Of a stretch of DNA of 64,000 nucleotides, positions 44,661 to 55,955 are shown piece after piece; within the stretch, counting starts at the first letter, position 1, and the number at the start of each line of letters is the position of its first letter. The stretch is taken from positions 11,516 to 75,515 of the forward strand of contig CAZBWA010000002.1 in the NCBI GenBank assembly GCA_964495555.1, read 5' to 3'. The translations under genes were made by a program, and so were the position numbers. A model generated the notes under the pieces. It worked only from the letters and a program-made list of their open reading frames with translations. It made no database searches and was not told the DNA's origin. This DNA is from an uncultured Bifidobacteriaceae bacterium (lineage in GTDB: Bacteria; Actinomycetota; Actinomycetes; S36-B12).

Positions 44661-46094
44661 ATGCGGCGCGCGAAGATCGTGGCAACGCTGGGCCCGGCGA
44701 CCGCGACGCTGGAGTCGATCCAGGCCCTCGTCGACGCGGGCATGGACGTCGCCCGGCTCAATCTCTCCCACGGCACGTGGGAGGACCATCAGGTCGCCTA
44801 CGACGCGGTGCGTGAGGCGGCTGATCGCGCGGGGCGCGGTGTCGGGATCCTGGTCGACCTGCAGGGGCCCAAGATCCGTCTCGGGCGATTCGCCTCCGGC
44901 CCGGTGCTGCTGGAGCAGGGTGCCGAGTTCATCGTGACCACCGAGGACGTTCCCGGAGACGCGCACATGGTGTCCACCACCTACCTCGGTCTGCCCGACG
45001 ACGTCCGACCCGGGGATCGCGTCCTCGTGGACGACGGTCGCATCGAACTCGAGGTCGTCGGAGTCGACGGTCCCCGCGTGATCACGCGCGTTCTCGAAGG
45101 TGGACGCGTCTCTGATCACAAGGGCTTCAACCTGCCGGGGGCCGCGATGAGCGTCCCGGCACTGTCGGAGAAGGATCGCGAGGATTTGCGCTGGGCGCTG
45201 CGGACGGGCGCAGACATGGTGGCGTTGTCGTTCGTGCGCAGCTCCGCGGACATCGACGAGGCGCGAGCCATCATGGAGCAGGAGGGGGTCCGCCTGCCGA
45301 TCCTGGCGAAGGTCGAGAAGCCCCAGGCCGTGGAGAACCTGAAGGAGATCATCGACACCTTCGACGGCGTGATGGTGGCACGCGGCGATCTCGGCGTCGA
45401 GCTGCCGCTCGAGCAGGTGCCCCTAGTGCAGAAGCGCGCGGTGCAGATGTGCCGTGAGGCGGGCAAGCCGGTCATCGTGGCCACGCAGATGCTCGACTCG
45501 ATGGTGTCCGCCAACCGACCCACACGCGCCGAGGTCAGCGACGTGGCCAACGCGGTACTCGACGGGGCGGATGCCCTCATGCTCTCCGGTGAAACGAGCG
45601 TCGGCCAGCATCCGGCGATGGTCGTGGAGACCATGGCACGCATCATCGAACACGTGGAGAAGGAGGCGCTCGACGAGCTGCCCACCCTCCCCGATCTCGA
45701 GCACGTGTCCACCGCACGCGCTTTGACCCACGCTGCCGTCAACGTCGCGCGGGACATCCAGGCCACGCACCTCATCGCCTTCACCGAGACCGGGCGATCC
45801 GCGCGGCTGATCGCGCGCTGGCGGTGTCATACGAAACTGCTCGCCTTCACCCCGGATCCCCGGGTGCGCAGCCAACTCGCGCTGGTCTGGGGTGTGGAGA
45901 CCTTCCTCGTCCCACAGGTTGCGCATACCGACGACATGGTGCGCCAGGTGGATAAGGCCCTGCTGGAGATCGGCCGTGCCACCGTGGGTGAGCGCGTGGT
46001 CATCGTGGCCGGTGTGCCGCCTGGTGTTCCCGGGACCACCAATGGCATGCGTGTGCACAAGATGGGGAGTGGCGGTACTCCCAGCGGCGTGTGA
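44661..46094 (+). CDS. pyk: pyruvate kinase
   Basis: 477-aa ORF with N-terminus RRAKIVATLGPAT and motif MVARGDLGVE. Confidence 0.95.
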   Translation: MRRAKIVATLGPATATLESIQALVDAGMDVARLNLSHGTWEDHQVAYDAVREAADRAGRGVGILVDLQGPKIRLGRFASGPVLLEQGAEFIVTTEDVPGDAHMVSTTYLGLPDDVRPGDRVLVDDGRIELEVVGVDGPRVITRVLEGGRVSDHKGFNLPGAAMSVPALSEKDREDLRWALRTGADMVALSFVRSSADIDEARAIMEQEGVRLPILAKVEKPQAVENLKEIIDTFDGVMVARGDLGVELPLEQVPLVQKRAVQMCREAGKPVIVATQMLDSMVSANRPTRAEVSDVANAVLDGADALMLSGETSVGQHPAMVVETMARIIEHVEKEALDELPTLPDLEHVSTARALTHAAVNVARDIQATHLIAFTETGRSARLIARWRCHTKLLAFTPDPRVRSQLALVWGVETFLVPQVAHTDDMVRQVDKALLEIGRATVGERVVIVAGVPPGVPGTTNGMRVHKMGSGGTPSGV

Positions 46095-46120
46095 TCACCT
46101 AGGCTCCACCCCGACCGACA

Positions 46121-46159
46121 ACCTTTAAGCCCGTCCCGTGAGGCGGGGAAGGGAGTCCC
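46121..46159 (+). promoter_or_regulatory. PyrR-binding stem-loop overlapping the pyrR ribosome-binding site
   Basis: ACCUUUAAGCCCGUCCCGUGAGGCGGGGAAGGGAG folds as follows. Lower stem CCUU/AAGG, UAAG bulge, upper stem CCCGUC/GGCGGG, loop CCGUGA. UCCCGUGAGG resembles the PyrR loop core UCCAGAGAGG. The SD GAAGGGAG lies in the 3' arm, 5 nt before the GTG at 46160. Confidence 0.6.
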
Positions 46160-46699
46160 GTGGACTCTGCGCGCACCGTCCTCGATGACGGTGACATCTC
46201 CCGGGCCATCCGTCGCATCGCGCACGAGATCGTCGAATCCGCCAAGGGCTCCGAATCCCTCGTTCTCCTGGGTATCCCCACGCGCGGCGCATTCCTCGCG
46301 CGACGGATCGCCGACGCCATCGCCGGAATCGACGCGGCCGTCCCCTGCGGTGCACTCGACATCACCCTGTACCGCGACGACCTGCGACTGCGCGCCGTGC
46401 GACCCCTCGAACCCACCTCGATCCCGCCGGAGGGGATCGATGGCCGGATCGTGGTCCTCGTGGACGACGTCCTCTACTCCGGGCGCACCGTGCGCGCCGC
46501 CCTCGACGCCCTCAATGACATCGGCCGGCCGGCCGCAGTCCGCCTCGCGGTCCTGGTCGACCGGGGGCACCGCGAACTGCCCATCCGTCCGGACTACGTC
46601 GGCAAGAACCTTCCCACGGCGGCGCAGGAGTCGGTGGCCGTGCGCCTCGCCGAGGTGGACGGTCGCGACGCCGTCGAGTTGGTGGAGGTGGGCGTATGA
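46160..46699 (+). CDS. pyrR: bifunctional pyr operon regulator / uracil phosphoribosyltransferase PyrR
   Basis: 179-aa ORF with PRPP-binding motif [17 protein letters not shown]. First gene of the pyr operon. Confidence 0.93.
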   Translation: MDSARTVLDDGDISRAIRRIAHEIVESAKGSESLVLLGIPTRGAFLARRIADAIAGIDAAVPCGALDITLYRDDLRLRAVRPLEPTSIPPEGIDGRIVVLVDDVLYSGRTVRAALDALNDIGRPAAVRLAVLVDRGHRELPIRPDYVGKNLPTAAQESVAVRLAEVDGRDAVELVEVGV

Positions 46700-47637
46700 G
46701 ACACCTCCTGTCGGCGGGTGAACTCGATCGCGACCAGGCGGTCCTCATCCTCGATACGGCGGCCGAACTCGGCGCCGTGACTGATCGCTCGATCAAGAAG
46801 TTGCCCACGCTGCGGGGGCGCACCGTCGTCAACCTTTTCTATGAGGACTCGACCCGTACGCGCATCTCCTTCGAAGCCGCTGCCAAGCGTCTCTCGGCGG
46901 ATGTCTTGAACTTCTCCGCGAAGGGGTCGTCGGTGTCCAAGGGGGAGAGCCTCAAGGACACGGCGCTCACCCTGCAGGCGATGGGCGCTGACGCGGTGGT
47001 GCTGCGGCATCACGCCTCCGGTGCGGCCCACCGACTCGCGCATGCCGGATGGATCGATGCGCGCGTGATCAACGCCGGCGACGGGACGCACGAGCACCCG
47101 ACCCAGGCGCTGCTGGATGCCTTCACCATCCGGCACCATCTCGCTGCGGGAGGCGGAGACCTGTCCGGACTGTCCGTGGCGATCGTCGGGGACATCCTCC
47201 ATAGCCGCGTGGCGCGCTCCAATGTCCTGCTGCTCACCACGTTGGGCGCCCGCGTGACGCTTGTCGCGCCACCGACCTTGATCCCCGTCGGCGTCGAGCA
47301 GTGGCCGTGCGACGTGTCCTATGACCTCGATGCCGTCCTCGGATCGATGGACGCGATCATGATGCTGCGCGTGCAGTCCGAGCGGATGCACGCGGCGTAC
47401 TTCCCCTCCGCGCTGGAGTACTCGCGTCTCTACGGACTCGACGCTGCGCGCATGACCCGATTGCCCGAGCACGCGATCGTGCTGCACCCGGGCCCGATGA
47501 ACCGTGGGATGGAGATCTCCGCCGACGTGGCGGACTCACCGCGTGCGGTGATGGTGGAGCAGGTGACCAACGGGGTCAACGTCCGGATGGCCGTCCTATA
47601 CCTCCTCCTCGCCGGTGACGGGAAGGACGGCACATGA
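46696..47637 (+). CDS. pyrB: aspartate carbamoyltransferase catalytic subunit
   Basis: 313-aa ORF with STRTR ([11 protein letters not shown]), HPTQ and HPGPMNRG motifs. Confidence 0.95.
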   Translation: MRHLLSAGELDRDQAVLILDTAAELGAVTDRSIKKLPTLRGRTVVNLFYEDSTRTRISFEAAAKRLSADVLNFSAKGSSVSKGESLKDTALTLQAMGADAVVLRHHASGAAHRLAHAGWIDARVINAGDGTHEHPTQALLDAFTIRHHLAAGGGDLSGLSVAIVGDILHSRVARSNVLLLTTLGARVTLVAPPTLIPVGVEQWPCDVSYDLDAVLGSMDAIMMLRVQSERMHAAYFPSALEYSRLYGLDAARMTRLPEHAIVLHPGPMNRGMEISADVADSPRAVMVEQVTNGVNVRMAVLYLLLAGDGKDGT

Positions 47638-48917
47638 GCGTCGTGCTGCGCGGAGTGCGCCCCTATGGCGAGGATCCCGTCGATCTCGTTCTCGATGAGG
47701 GGCGCATCGCCGACAGGTGCGCACCGGGACGAGGAGTGGGCGATGACATCGTCGACTGCGACGGCCTGATCGCCCTGCCCGGCTTCGTCGACCTGCATAC
47801 CCATCTGCGCGAGCCCGGTCGTGAGGACGCCGAGACGATCGAGTCGGGATCGCGCGCCGCTGCCCTCGGCGGCTTCACCTGCGTCCACGCCATGGCGAAC
47901 ACGTCGCCCGTCGCAGACACCGCCGGTGTCGTCGAACAGGTATGGCGCCTCGGACAGCGGTGCGGCCTCGTGGACGTGCGGCCGGTGGGCGCCGTGACCG
48001 TCGGTCTTGCAGGTACCCATCTGTCCGAGATCGGTGCCATGGCCCATTCGGCCGCCGCGGTGCGCGTTTTCAGCGACGACGGCAAGTGCGTGCACGATCC
48101 ACTGCTCATGCGCCGAGCGCTGGAATACGTGAAGACCTTCGACGGCGTCATCGCCCAGCATGCACAGGACCCGCGCCTCACTGAAGACGCGCAGATGAAT
48201 GAGGGTGCACTGTCCAGCCGACTCGGACTCGCCGGCTGGCCCGCCGTAGCCGAGGAGGCGATCATCGCCCGTGACGTGCTCCTCGCCGAGCACGTGGGCT
48301 CGCGACTCCACGTGTGCCACGTGTCCACCGCCGGATCGGTGGAGGTGCTGCGCTGGGCCCGACGCCGCGGGGTCGCGGTCACCGCGGAGGTCACCCCGCA
48401 CCACCTGCTGCTGACCGAGGAACTCGTCGCCGGATACGACCCCGTGTACAAGGTCAATCCGCCGCTGCGCGCGCGCGAGGACGTCGAGGCCCTGCGAGCC
48501 GCGGTCGCCGACGGCACCATCGACGTGATCGCCACGGACCACGCACCCCACCCGCGCGAGGACAAGGATTGCGAGTGGGCCGCGGCCGCCATGGGGATGC
48601 TCGGACTCCAGACAGCCTTCGGCGTCGTGGTCGAGACCCTGGTGGCACCGGGTGCCTTGACGCTGCGCGATGTCGCCGAGCGGATGTCTATGGCCCCGGC
48701 CCGGATTGGGCGCGTCGCCGGCCAAGGAGAGGATCTGGTCGTGGGCGCGTCGGGCAATGTCACCGTTGTGGACACCACGTCGCGCACGGAGGTCCGGGCG
48801 TCCGCGCTCGCGTCGAAGAGCAGCAACTCCCCGTACGTCGGGATGACGCTGCCCGGTCGTGTCTGGCACGTCGCCCATGCCGGACGGCTCACCGTCCGTG
48901 CGGGGGAGCTCACATGA
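47634..48917 (+). CDS. pyrC: dihydroorotase
   Basis: 427-aa ORF with metal-binding [10 protein letters not shown] and ATDHAPH motifs. Confidence 0.93.
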   Translation: MSVVLRGVRPYGEDPVDLVLDEGRIADRCAPGRGVGDDIVDCDGLIALPGFVDLHTHLREPGREDAETIESGSRAAALGGFTCVHAMANTSPVADTAGVVEQVWRLGQRCGLVDVRPVGAVTVGLAGTHLSEIGAMAHSAAAVRVFSDDGKCVHDPLLMRRALEYVKTFDGVIAQHAQDPRLTEDAQMNEGALSSRLGLAGWPAVAEEAIIARDVLLAEHVGSRLHVCHVSTAGSVEVLRWARRRGVAVTAEVTPHHLLLTEELVAGYDPVYKVNPPLRAREDVEALRAAVADGTIDVIATDHAPHPREDKDCEWAAAAMGMLGLQTAFGVVVETLVAPGALTLRDVAERMSMAPARIGRVAGQGEDLVVGASGNVTVVDTTSRTEVRASALASKSSNSPYVGMTLPGRVWHVAHAGRLTVRAGELT

Positions 48918-50053
48918 CCGATCGCCAACCGGCCGTGCTCGTGCTCGAGGACGGGCGTGTGATGCATGGCTCCTCCTACGGGGCCACCGGAGTCGCCTTC
49001 GGCGAGGCCGTGTTCAACACGGGCATGACGGGGTACCAGGAGACGCTGACCGACCCGTCCTATCACCGGCAGATCGTGGTGATGACCGCGCCACACATCG
49101 GCAACACGGGCGTCAACCCGGAGGACCCGGAGTCCTCGCGCATCTGGGTGGCCGGGTACGTGGTGCGCGACCCGTCACCGATCGTGTCGAACTGGCGCGC
49201 TCGCGGATCGCTGGAGGATCAACTCCGCGACCAGGGGATCGTCGGCATCTGCGAGGTGGACACGCGTGCCCTGACCCGGCACCTGCGCGACCGCGGTGCC
49301 ATGCGCATGGGGATCTTCAGTGGCGACGCCGCGGCGCGGCCGCACGGAGAACTGCTCGCGCGGGTGCAGGAGAGCCCCGGGATGCTCGGAGCGGACCTCA
49401 CGGGGGACGTCACCACGCACGAGCCCTACGTCGTGGCGGCCATCGGCGAGGAGCGCTTCCGCGTCGTCGCGGTGGACCTTGGGATCAAGGCGATGACCCC
49501 GCACCGCATGGCCGAGCGCGGGATCACCGTGCACGTCGTTCCGGCCACCTGGTCCTGGGAGCAGATCGCCGCACTGGCCCCGGACGGGGTCTTCTTCTCG
49601 AACGGCCCCGGGGATCCGGCCTCGGCACGCCATGCGGTCGCGGTGATGCAGGGCGCACTGTCCGCCCGGATTCCCGTCTTCGGTATCTGCTTCGGCAATC
49701 AGATCCTGGGCCGCGCCCTGGGGCTGGACACCTACAAGCTGCGCTTCGGTCACCGCGGGATCAATCAACCTGTGATGGACCGCTCCACCGGGAAGGTCGA
49801 GGTCACCGCGCACAATCATGGTTTCGCAGTCGATGCGCCGCGTGAAGGAACCTTCGATACGCCCTTCGGACGTGCGCGGGTCTCCCACGTGTGCCTGAAC
49901 GACGACGTGGTCGAAGGGCTGGAATGCCTCGAGGTCCCCGCGTTCAGCGTGCAGTACCACCCGGAAGCAGCGGCGGGTCCGCATGACGCGGCGTACCTCT
50001 TCGATCGATTCGTCGACCTCATGTCCGTGCGGGGTGCCCATGCCCAGGCGTGA
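48914..50053 (+). CDS. carA: carbamoyl-phosphate synthase small subunit
   Basis: The ATG at 48914 overlaps the pyrC stop (ATGA). GATase nucleophile GICFGNQIL. The ORF-track version from 48314 is an in-frame upstream run. Confidence 0.95.
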   Translation: MTDRQPAVLVLEDGRVMHGSSYGATGVAFGEAVFNTGMTGYQETLTDPSYHRQIVVMTAPHIGNTGVNPEDPESSRIWVAGYVVRDPSPIVSNWRARGSLEDQLRDQGIVGICEVDTRALTRHLRDRGAMRMGIFSGDAAARPHGELLARVQESPGMLGADLTGDVTTHEPYVVAAIGEERFRVVAVDLGIKAMTPHRMAERGITVHVVPATWSWEQIAALAPDGVFFSNGPGDPASARHAVAVMQGALSARIPVFGICFGNQILGRALGLDTYKLRFGHRGINQPVMDRSTGKVEVTAHNHGFAVDAPREGTFDTPFGRARVSHVCLNDDVVEGLECLEVPAFSVQYHPEAAAGPHDAAYLFDRFVDLMSVRGAHAQA

Positions 50054-53000
50054 GGACATCCGCACCGTCATGGTGATCGGTTCGGGCCCCATCGTCATCG
50101 GGCAGGCGTGCGAATTCGACTACTCGGGCACCCAGGCGTGCAGGGTGCTGCGGGCAGAGGGCCTGCGCGTGGTCCTGGTGAACTCCAACCCGGCGACGAT
50201 CATGACCGATCCGGAGTTCGCCGATGCGACGTACGTCGAGCCCATCACCCCCGACTACGTCGAACGCATCATCGCCAAGGAGCGACCCGATGCTCTGCTG
50301 GCGACCCTGGGAGGTCAGACCGCGCTCAATACCGCCATGGCGCTGCACCGCGCGGGCGTGCTGGAGCGCTACGGGGTGGAGCTGATCGGCGCGGATGTCG
50401 AGGCAATCGAGCGGGGGGAGAACCGGGAGCGGTTCAAGGCCATCGTCGAGTCGATCGGCGCCGAGAGCGCGCGCTCGGCGATCTGCCATTCGATGGAGGA
50501 ATGCCTCAACGCCGTGGTGGACCTCGGCTACCCGGTGGTGGTCCGACCCTCCTTCACCATGGGGGGCGCGGGATCGGGGATCGCCTACGACGAGGCGGAC
50601 CTGCGGCGCATCGCGGGTGCCGGCCTCCAGGCGAGTCCCACCACCGAGGTGCTGCTCGAGGAATCCATCATCGGGTGGAAGGAGTACGAGCTGGAGTTGA
50701 TGCGCGACCACAAGGACAACGTGGTCGTGATCTGCTCCATCGAGAACCTCGACCCCATGGGCGTGCACACCGGGGACTCGATCACCGTCGCTCCGGCGCT
50801 CACCCTGACCGATCGCGAGTACCAGCACATGCGCGACGTCGGGATCGCGATCATCCGTGCGGTGGGCGTGGACACGGGTGGCTGCAATATCCAGTTCGCG
50901 ATCAACCCGCTCGACGGTCGCATGATCGTGATCGAGATGAACCCCCGCGTATCGCGTTCCTCCGCCCTCGCCTCGAAGGCCACCGGGTTCCCCATCGCCA
51001 AGATCGCGGCCCGACTGGCCATCGGATACTCCCTCGACGAGATCCCCAACGACATCACCCGCAAGACACCCGCCTCGTTCGAGCCGACGCTGGACTACAT
51101 CGTGGTGAAGGTTCCGCGTTTCGCGTTCGAGAAGTTCCCGGGTGCTGACACAACTCTCACCACCACGATGAAGAGCGTCGGCGAGGCGATGGCCATCGGG
51201 CGCTCCTTCCCCGAGGCGTTACAGAAGGCGTTGCGCTCACTCGAGAACCGCAGCGCGGTCTTCGCGTGGCCGGCGTCTCGAGTCGAGATCGACGTCGCGG
51301 ATGCGCTCGTGCGCATGCGGCGACCGCACGATGGCCGGCTCTCCTTGGTGCAGCAGGCGCTGTGGGCCGGCGCGGGCATCGACGCCGTCCACGAGGCGAC
51401 GCGGATCGATCCGTGGTTCCTCGAGCAGATCGTGCGCATCAACGACGAGGCCGACCGGATCCGCTCCGCTCCGAGCCTCGACGCACCCCTCCTGCGCTCC
51501 GCCAAGCGAATGGGGTTCTCCGACGCACAGATCGGACTCCTCCGCGCCCTCTCGGAGCATGAGGTGCGCGAGCTTCGCCATGCCCTCGGAGTCCGCCCGG
51601 TCTACAAGACCGTGGACACCTGCGCGGCGGAGTTCGAGGCACACACCCCCTACCACTACTCCTGCTACGACGAGGAGAACGAGGCCCTGCCCGCGGATCG
51701 ACCCAAGGTGATCATCCTGGGCTCGGGACCCAATCGCATCGGGCAAGGCATCGAGTTCGACTACTCGTGTGTGCACGCTGCTCTCACGTTGAAGGACGCC
51801 GGGTTCGAGACGATCATGGTGAACTGCAACCCCGAGACCGTCTCCACCGACTACGACACCTCCGATCGCCTCTACTTCGAGCCGCTCACGCTGGAAGACG
51901 TACTCGAGATCGTCCATCTCGAACAGGGTGCGGGGCAGTTGGCCGGCGTGGTGGTGCAGCTCGGCGGGCAGACGCCCCTGGGTCTGGCCCAGGCGCTGGA
52001 GGACGCGGGAGTCCCCATCGTCGGCACCCCGCCGCGCGCGATCCACCTCGCCGAGGAACGTGGCGCATTCGGTGCCGTGCTGGCCGAAGCGGGCCTGCCG
52101 GCGCCTGCGCACGGGACGGCACGATCGTTCGAGGAGGCGCGTGGCATCGCCGACCGGGTGGGCTACCCGGTTCTGGTCCGGCCCAGTTACGTGCTGGGTG
52201 GGCGCGGGATGGAGATCGTCTACGACGAGTCGATGCTCGCCAGTTACCTGGAGCGCGCGACCACGGTCAATCCGGACCATCCCGTCCTGGTCGACAGGTT
52301 CCTCGACGACGCGGTCGAGATCGACGTGGATGCCCTCTATGACGGCCACGACCTGTATCTGGCCGGTGTCATGGAGCACATCGAGGAGGCGGGCATCCAT
52401 TCGGGTGACTCGGCGTGCGCGCTGCCGCCCATCACGCTCGACGCCGCCGAGATCGCACGCATCCGCGAGTCCACGCGCGCCATCGCTGCGGGGGTGGGAG
52501 TGCGGGGTCTGCTCAACGTCCAGTTCGCCTTGGCCGACGGCACCCTCTATGTCCTGGAGGCCAACCCCCGTGCCTCGCGCACGGTGCCGTTCGTGTCCAA
52601 GGCGACCGGCGTGCACGTGGCCAAGGCGGCGGCGCGCATCATGCTCGGCACGTCCATCGCGCAGTTGCGCGACGAGGGATTCCTGCCCGCCTCGGGGGAC
52701 GGGGCGACCCTGCCTGCCGGGGCGCCGGTGGCGGTCAAGGAAGCGGTCCTCCCGTTCGGCCGGTTCCACGGCGTCGACACCGTCCTGGGTCCGGAGATGC
52801 GTTCGACGGGCGAGGTGATGGGACTCGACGACACCTTCGGCATCGCGTTCGCCAAGTCCCAGGAGGCCGCTTTCAGCGGTGGGTTGCCCACCGAGGGGAC
52901 GGTCTTCGTGTCCCTCGCCGACCGGGACAAGGCGCAGGGGGTGGATGCGGTGCGCCGGCTGGCCGATGCCGGATTCCGCATCCTCGCGACATCCGGGACC

Positions 53001-53333
53001 GCGGACGTCCTGCGGGAGCAGGGGATCGCCGTCGACGTCGTTCGCAAGCAGCACGAGGGTCGCGGTCCGAAAGGCGAACCGACGACGGTCGACGCGATCA
53101 TGGCCGGCGAGGTCGACCTGATCGTCAACACCCCGTATGGGGTGGGCCCCCGTGTGGACGGCTACGAGATCCGCACGGCGGCCGTGGTGAAGGGCATCCC
53201 GTCGATCACGACCGTCCAGGGCCTAGCCGCTGCGGCCGCAGGAATCGAATCGCTGCGCTCGGCCACCCCGGGAGTACGGTCGCTGCAGGAACACGCCGCC
53301 ACGCTGGCGGAGTTGCGCGCTCGGGAGGGCTGA
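50040..53333 (+). CDS. carB: carbamoyl-phosphate synthase large subunit
   Basis: ATG at 50040 ([30 protein letters not shown]). Duplicated ATP-grasp halves and a C-terminal MGS-like domain. Confidence 0.97.
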   Translation: MPRREDIRTVMVIGSGPIVIGQACEFDYSGTQACRVLRAEGLRVVLVNSNPATIMTDPEFADATYVEPITPDYVERIIAKERPDALLATLGGQTALNTAMALHRAGVLERYGVELIGADVEAIERGENRERFKAIVESIGAESARSAICHSMEECLNAVVDLGYPVVVRPSFTMGGAGSGIAYDEADLRRIAGAGLQASPTTEVLLEESIIGWKEYELELMRDHKDNVVVICSIENLDPMGVHTGDSITVAPALTLTDREYQHMRDVGIAIIRAVGVDTGGCNIQFAINPLDGRMIVIEMNPRVSRSSALASKATGFPIAKIAARLAIGYSLDEIPNDITRKTPASFEPTLDYIVVKVPRFAFEKFPGADTTLTTTMKSVGEAMAIGRSFPEALQKALRSLENRSAVFAWPASRVEIDVADALVRMRRPHDGRLSLVQQALWAGAGIDAVHEATRIDPWFLEQIVRINDEADRIRSAPSLDAPLLRSAKRMGFSDAQIGLLRALSEHEVRELRHALGVRPVYKTVDTCAAEFEAHTPYHYSCYDEENEALPADRPKVIILGSGPNRIGQGIEFDYSCVHAALTLKDAGFETIMVNCNPETVSTDYDTSDRLYFEPLTLEDVLEIVHLEQGAGQLAGVVVQLGGQTPLGLAQALEDAGVPIVGTPPRAIHLAEERGAFGAVLAEAGLPAPAHGTARSFEEARGIADRVGYPVLVRPSYVLGGRGMEIVYDESMLASYLERATTVNPDHPVLVDRFLDDAVEIDVDALYDGHDLYLAGVMEHIEEAGIHSGDSACALPPITLDAAEIARIRESTRAIAAGVGVRGLLNVQFALADGTLYVLEANPRASRTVPFVSKATGVHVAKAAARIMLGTSIAQLRDEGFLPASGDGATLPAGAPVAVKEAVLPFGRFHGVDTVLGPEMRSTGEVMGLDDTFGIAFAKSQEAAFSGGLPTEGTVFVSLADRDKAQGVDAVRRLADAGFRILATSGTADVLREQGIAVDVVRKQHEGRGPKGEPTTVDAIMAGEVDLIVNTPYGVGPRVDGYEIRTAAVVKGIPSITTVQGLAAAAAGIESLRSATPGVRSLQEHAATLAELRAREG

Positions 53334-54181
53334 TGCCGCACCAGATCACGGGGGAGGTCCTCGACGTCCGTCGCGCAGGCGCGTACCACGTCCTCTCCCT
53401 GACGGCGCCCGGCATTGCCGAGGATGCGCAACCCGGTCATTTCGTGACCGTGTCCATGGGGGGACCCGAGTCCTCCATGCTCCTGCGACGTGCCTTCGCC
53501 ATCCACCAGGTGCAGTCGCGGGGCGTGTACGGCGGGACCCTGGAGATCGTCGTCTCCCCCCACGGCATGGGCACCCGGTGGCTGGCCGATCGGAGGCGGC
53601 ACGACCAACTCAGCATCGTCGGACCGCTCGGGCGCCCGTTCTCCATCCCCACCCGGCGTGTGTCCTGCGTGCTGGTGGGCGGGGGATACGGCTCGGCGCC
53701 ACTGTTCATGCTCGCCGAACAACTCCGCGACCGCGGATGTCGGGTCGACGTGCTCATCGGCGCGGCAACCGAAGAGAAGTTGTTCGGTGTGCTCGATCTC
53801 AAGCGCCTGTCGTCCTCCATCACGGTCACGACCGAGGACGGATCGTCGGGAGTCCGTGGACGGGTGACAGATGAACTCCCCGAGATGATCGAGCGTTCCT
53901 CGGCGGACATCGTCTACGCCTGCGGTCCCATGGGGATGTTGAGCGCGGTGTCCGCGATCACCGCCCAGCGGCGCGTCTTCACCCAGTGCTCGGTCGAGGA
54001 ATCCATGGCGTGCGGCATCGGTGTGTGCATGACCTGCGTCCTCCCCGTCATCGGAGATGACGGCGTGACGCGCATGGTGCGCTCGTGCGTCGAAGGTCCG
54101 ACGCTGCGCGGCGATCGTGTGCGCTGGGCCGAGGTGGGGACCGTCCCCGCGGATACCTGGGGGGCGGCGGAGGTCACATGA
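53333..54181 (+). CDS. pyrK: dihydroorotate dehydrogenase electron-transfer subunit (PyrK, FAD/2Fe-2S)
   Basis: The ATG at 53333 overlaps the carB stop by 1 nt. Ferredoxin-reductase-like fold (RRAFAIH) and C-terminal cluster cysteines (ACGIGVCMTC...C). Confidence 0.85.
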   Translation: MPHQITGEVLDVRRAGAYHVLSLTAPGIAEDAQPGHFVTVSMGGPESSMLLRRAFAIHQVQSRGVYGGTLEIVVSPHGMGTRWLADRRRHDQLSIVGPLGRPFSIPTRRVSCVLVGGGYGSAPLFMLAEQLRDRGCRVDVLIGAATEEKLFGVLDLKRLSSSITVTTEDGSSGVRGRVTDELPEMIERSSADIVYACGPMGMLSAVSAITAQRRVFTQCSVEESMACGIGVCMTCVLPVIGDDGVTRMVRSCVEGPTLRGDRVRWAEVGTVPADTWGAAEVT

Positions 54182-55260
54182 CCCGCGCCATCATCGGCTT
54201 CGGGGGAGGAGACGCGTCCGCGCCAACCCCCCGCGCGAACATGTCCACGGATCTCGCGGGCGTCGACTTGCCCAGCCCCATCCTCACCGCCTCCGGCTGC
54301 GCCGCAGCCGGCAAGGAGCTCGACTCCTATTTCGACATCACCGCGATCGGCGGGATCATCACCAAGAGCATCATGCTGAAGCCACGGGCCGGTCGCCCGA
54401 CACCGCGCATGGCGGAGACACCCAGCGGCATGCTCAACTCCATCGGACTCCAGGGGCCGGGGATCGAGTCCTTCATCGAGAACGACCTCGCCTGGCTCGA
54501 GCAGCGGGGTGCCCGCACGATCGTGTCGATCGCGGGGGAGACCGTGGACGAGTACGGGAAACTGGCGCAGAAACTGCGCAATGTCGGGGGCTTCGACGCA
54601 CTCGAGGTCAATATCTCCTGCCCCAATGTCGCCGACCGCGGTCTGGTGTTCGCCTGCAACGCCGACTCCGCGGCGTCCGTCATCCAGGCGGTCCGGCGCA
54701 ATAGTGATGGACGCACGCCGATATTCGCCAAGCTCTCCCCGGACGTCACCAGCATCGTCGACATCGCCGACGCGGTGGTGCGCGCGGGTGCGGCGGGCGT
54801 CACCCTGATCAACACGCTGCTCGGGATGGTGATCGACACCGACACCATGCGTCCGGCCCTCGCGGGGATCACGGGTGGGCTCTCGGGACCCGCCATCCGG
54901 CCCGTCGCTGTGCGCTGCGTGTTCCAGATCCGCCAGGCATTCCCGAACCTCCCGATCATCGGGGCGGGCGGAGTCCGCACCGGACAGGACGCCCTGGAGT
55001 TCCTGCTCGCGGGGGCCACGGCCGTCTCGGTCGGTACGAGCATCTTCAACGACCCCTCGGCGCCGATGCGTATCCACAACGAACTGGCGCACCTGGTGGC
55101 CGAGCGCGGGTTCACCCGCGTCTCCGATGTGATCGGACACGCGCATCGTGCTTCGGACGAGGTCGTCACAGAGGCCCAGGTGGAGGCGGATGAGCCAGCG
55201 CCACCATCGCCACCTGTGGACTTCGACGACGACCTCGCCGCGTGGGACTTCATCAAGTAA
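54178..55260 (+). CDS. pyrD: dihydroorotate dehydrogenase, class 1B catalytic subunit, with an unusual 35-aa C-terminal extension
   Basis: The ATG at 54178 overlaps the pyrK stop (ATGA); an alternative ATG lies at 54241. Class-1 catalytic Cys motif EVNISCPN and GGLSGPAIRP are present. The tail is described under findings. Confidence 0.9.
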   Translation: MTRAIIGFGGGDASAPTPRANMSTDLAGVDLPSPILTASGCAAAGKELDSYFDITAIGGIITKSIMLKPRAGRPTPRMAETPSGMLNSIGLQGPGIESFIENDLAWLEQRGARTIVSIAGETVDEYGKLAQKLRNVGGFDALEVNISCPNVADRGLVFACNADSAASVIQAVRRNSDGRTPIFAKLSPDVTSIVDIADAVVRAGAAGVTLINTLLGMVIDTDTMRPALAGITGGLSGPAIRPVAVRCVFQIRQAFPNLPIIGAGGVRTGQDALEFLLAGATAVSVGTSIFNDPSAPMRIHNELAHLVAERGFTRVSDVIGHAHRASDEVVTEAQVEADEPAPPSPPVDFDDDLAAWDFIK

Positions 55261-55955
55261 TGAGTGTGATCGCACCCATCGCGGTGGCATTGGATGCTCC
55301 GGACCTGTCGACGATGATCGCCTGGGCTCGTGCCGTGGGCCCGCACGTCGACACCGTGAAGGTCGGCCTCGAGGCGTACTGCCGTGACGGTGCGGCAGCG
55401 GTGCACCGAGCGCGTGAGGCCGCACCCAACTGCCGACTCTTCCTCGATCTGAAGTTGCACGACATTCCCGCCACCGTCGCGGGCGCCTCCCGCGCCGTCG
55501 CTGGGTTGCGTCCTGACTTCCTCACGGTGCACGCCGGAGGTGGAGCGGCGATGGTGGCTGCCGCGGCTGATGCCCTGCCGGATACGCGCGTCACGGCGGT
55601 GACAGTCCTGACCAGCCTCACCGATGCCGATCTCGTGGCGCTCGGTATCGACGGGCCGTCGGTCTCCGCGGCAGTCCGGTGGGCGAGTCTGGCCGTCGAT
55701 GCCGGTGCGCGGGCCGTCGTGTGCTCGCCGCTCGAGGTCGCCGCGATCCGTGCAGCCGTCGGGCCCGCGATCACCCTGATCACGCCGGGCGTGCGACCCG
55801 CGGGCGCGGAGGCCCAGGATCAGGCACGCGTCACGACACCCGAGCAGGCGCTCGACCTGGGCGCCGACCTCCTCGTGATCGGGCGCCCCATCACGGGTGC
55901 GTCGGATCCCGGTATCGCAGCCGCGGAACTCGCGCGCAGTCTGGGGATGCGATGA
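55260..55955 (+). CDS. pyrF: orotidine 5'-phosphate decarboxylase
   Basis: The ATG at 55260 shares 1 nt with the pyrD TAA; an alternative GTG lies at 55242. Motifs VALDAPD, LDLKLHDIPATV and VIGRPIT are present. Confidence 0.9.
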   Translation: MSVIAPIAVALDAPDLSTMIAWARAVGPHVDTVKVGLEAYCRDGAAAVHRAREAAPNCRLFLDLKLHDIPATVAGASRAVAGLRPDFLTVHAGGGAAMVAAAADALPDTRVTAVTVLTSLTDADLVALGIDGPSVSAAVRWASLAVDAGARAVVCSPLEVAAIRAAVGPAITLITPGVRPAGAEAQDQARVTTPEQALDLGADLLVIGRPITGASDPGIAAAELARSLGMR

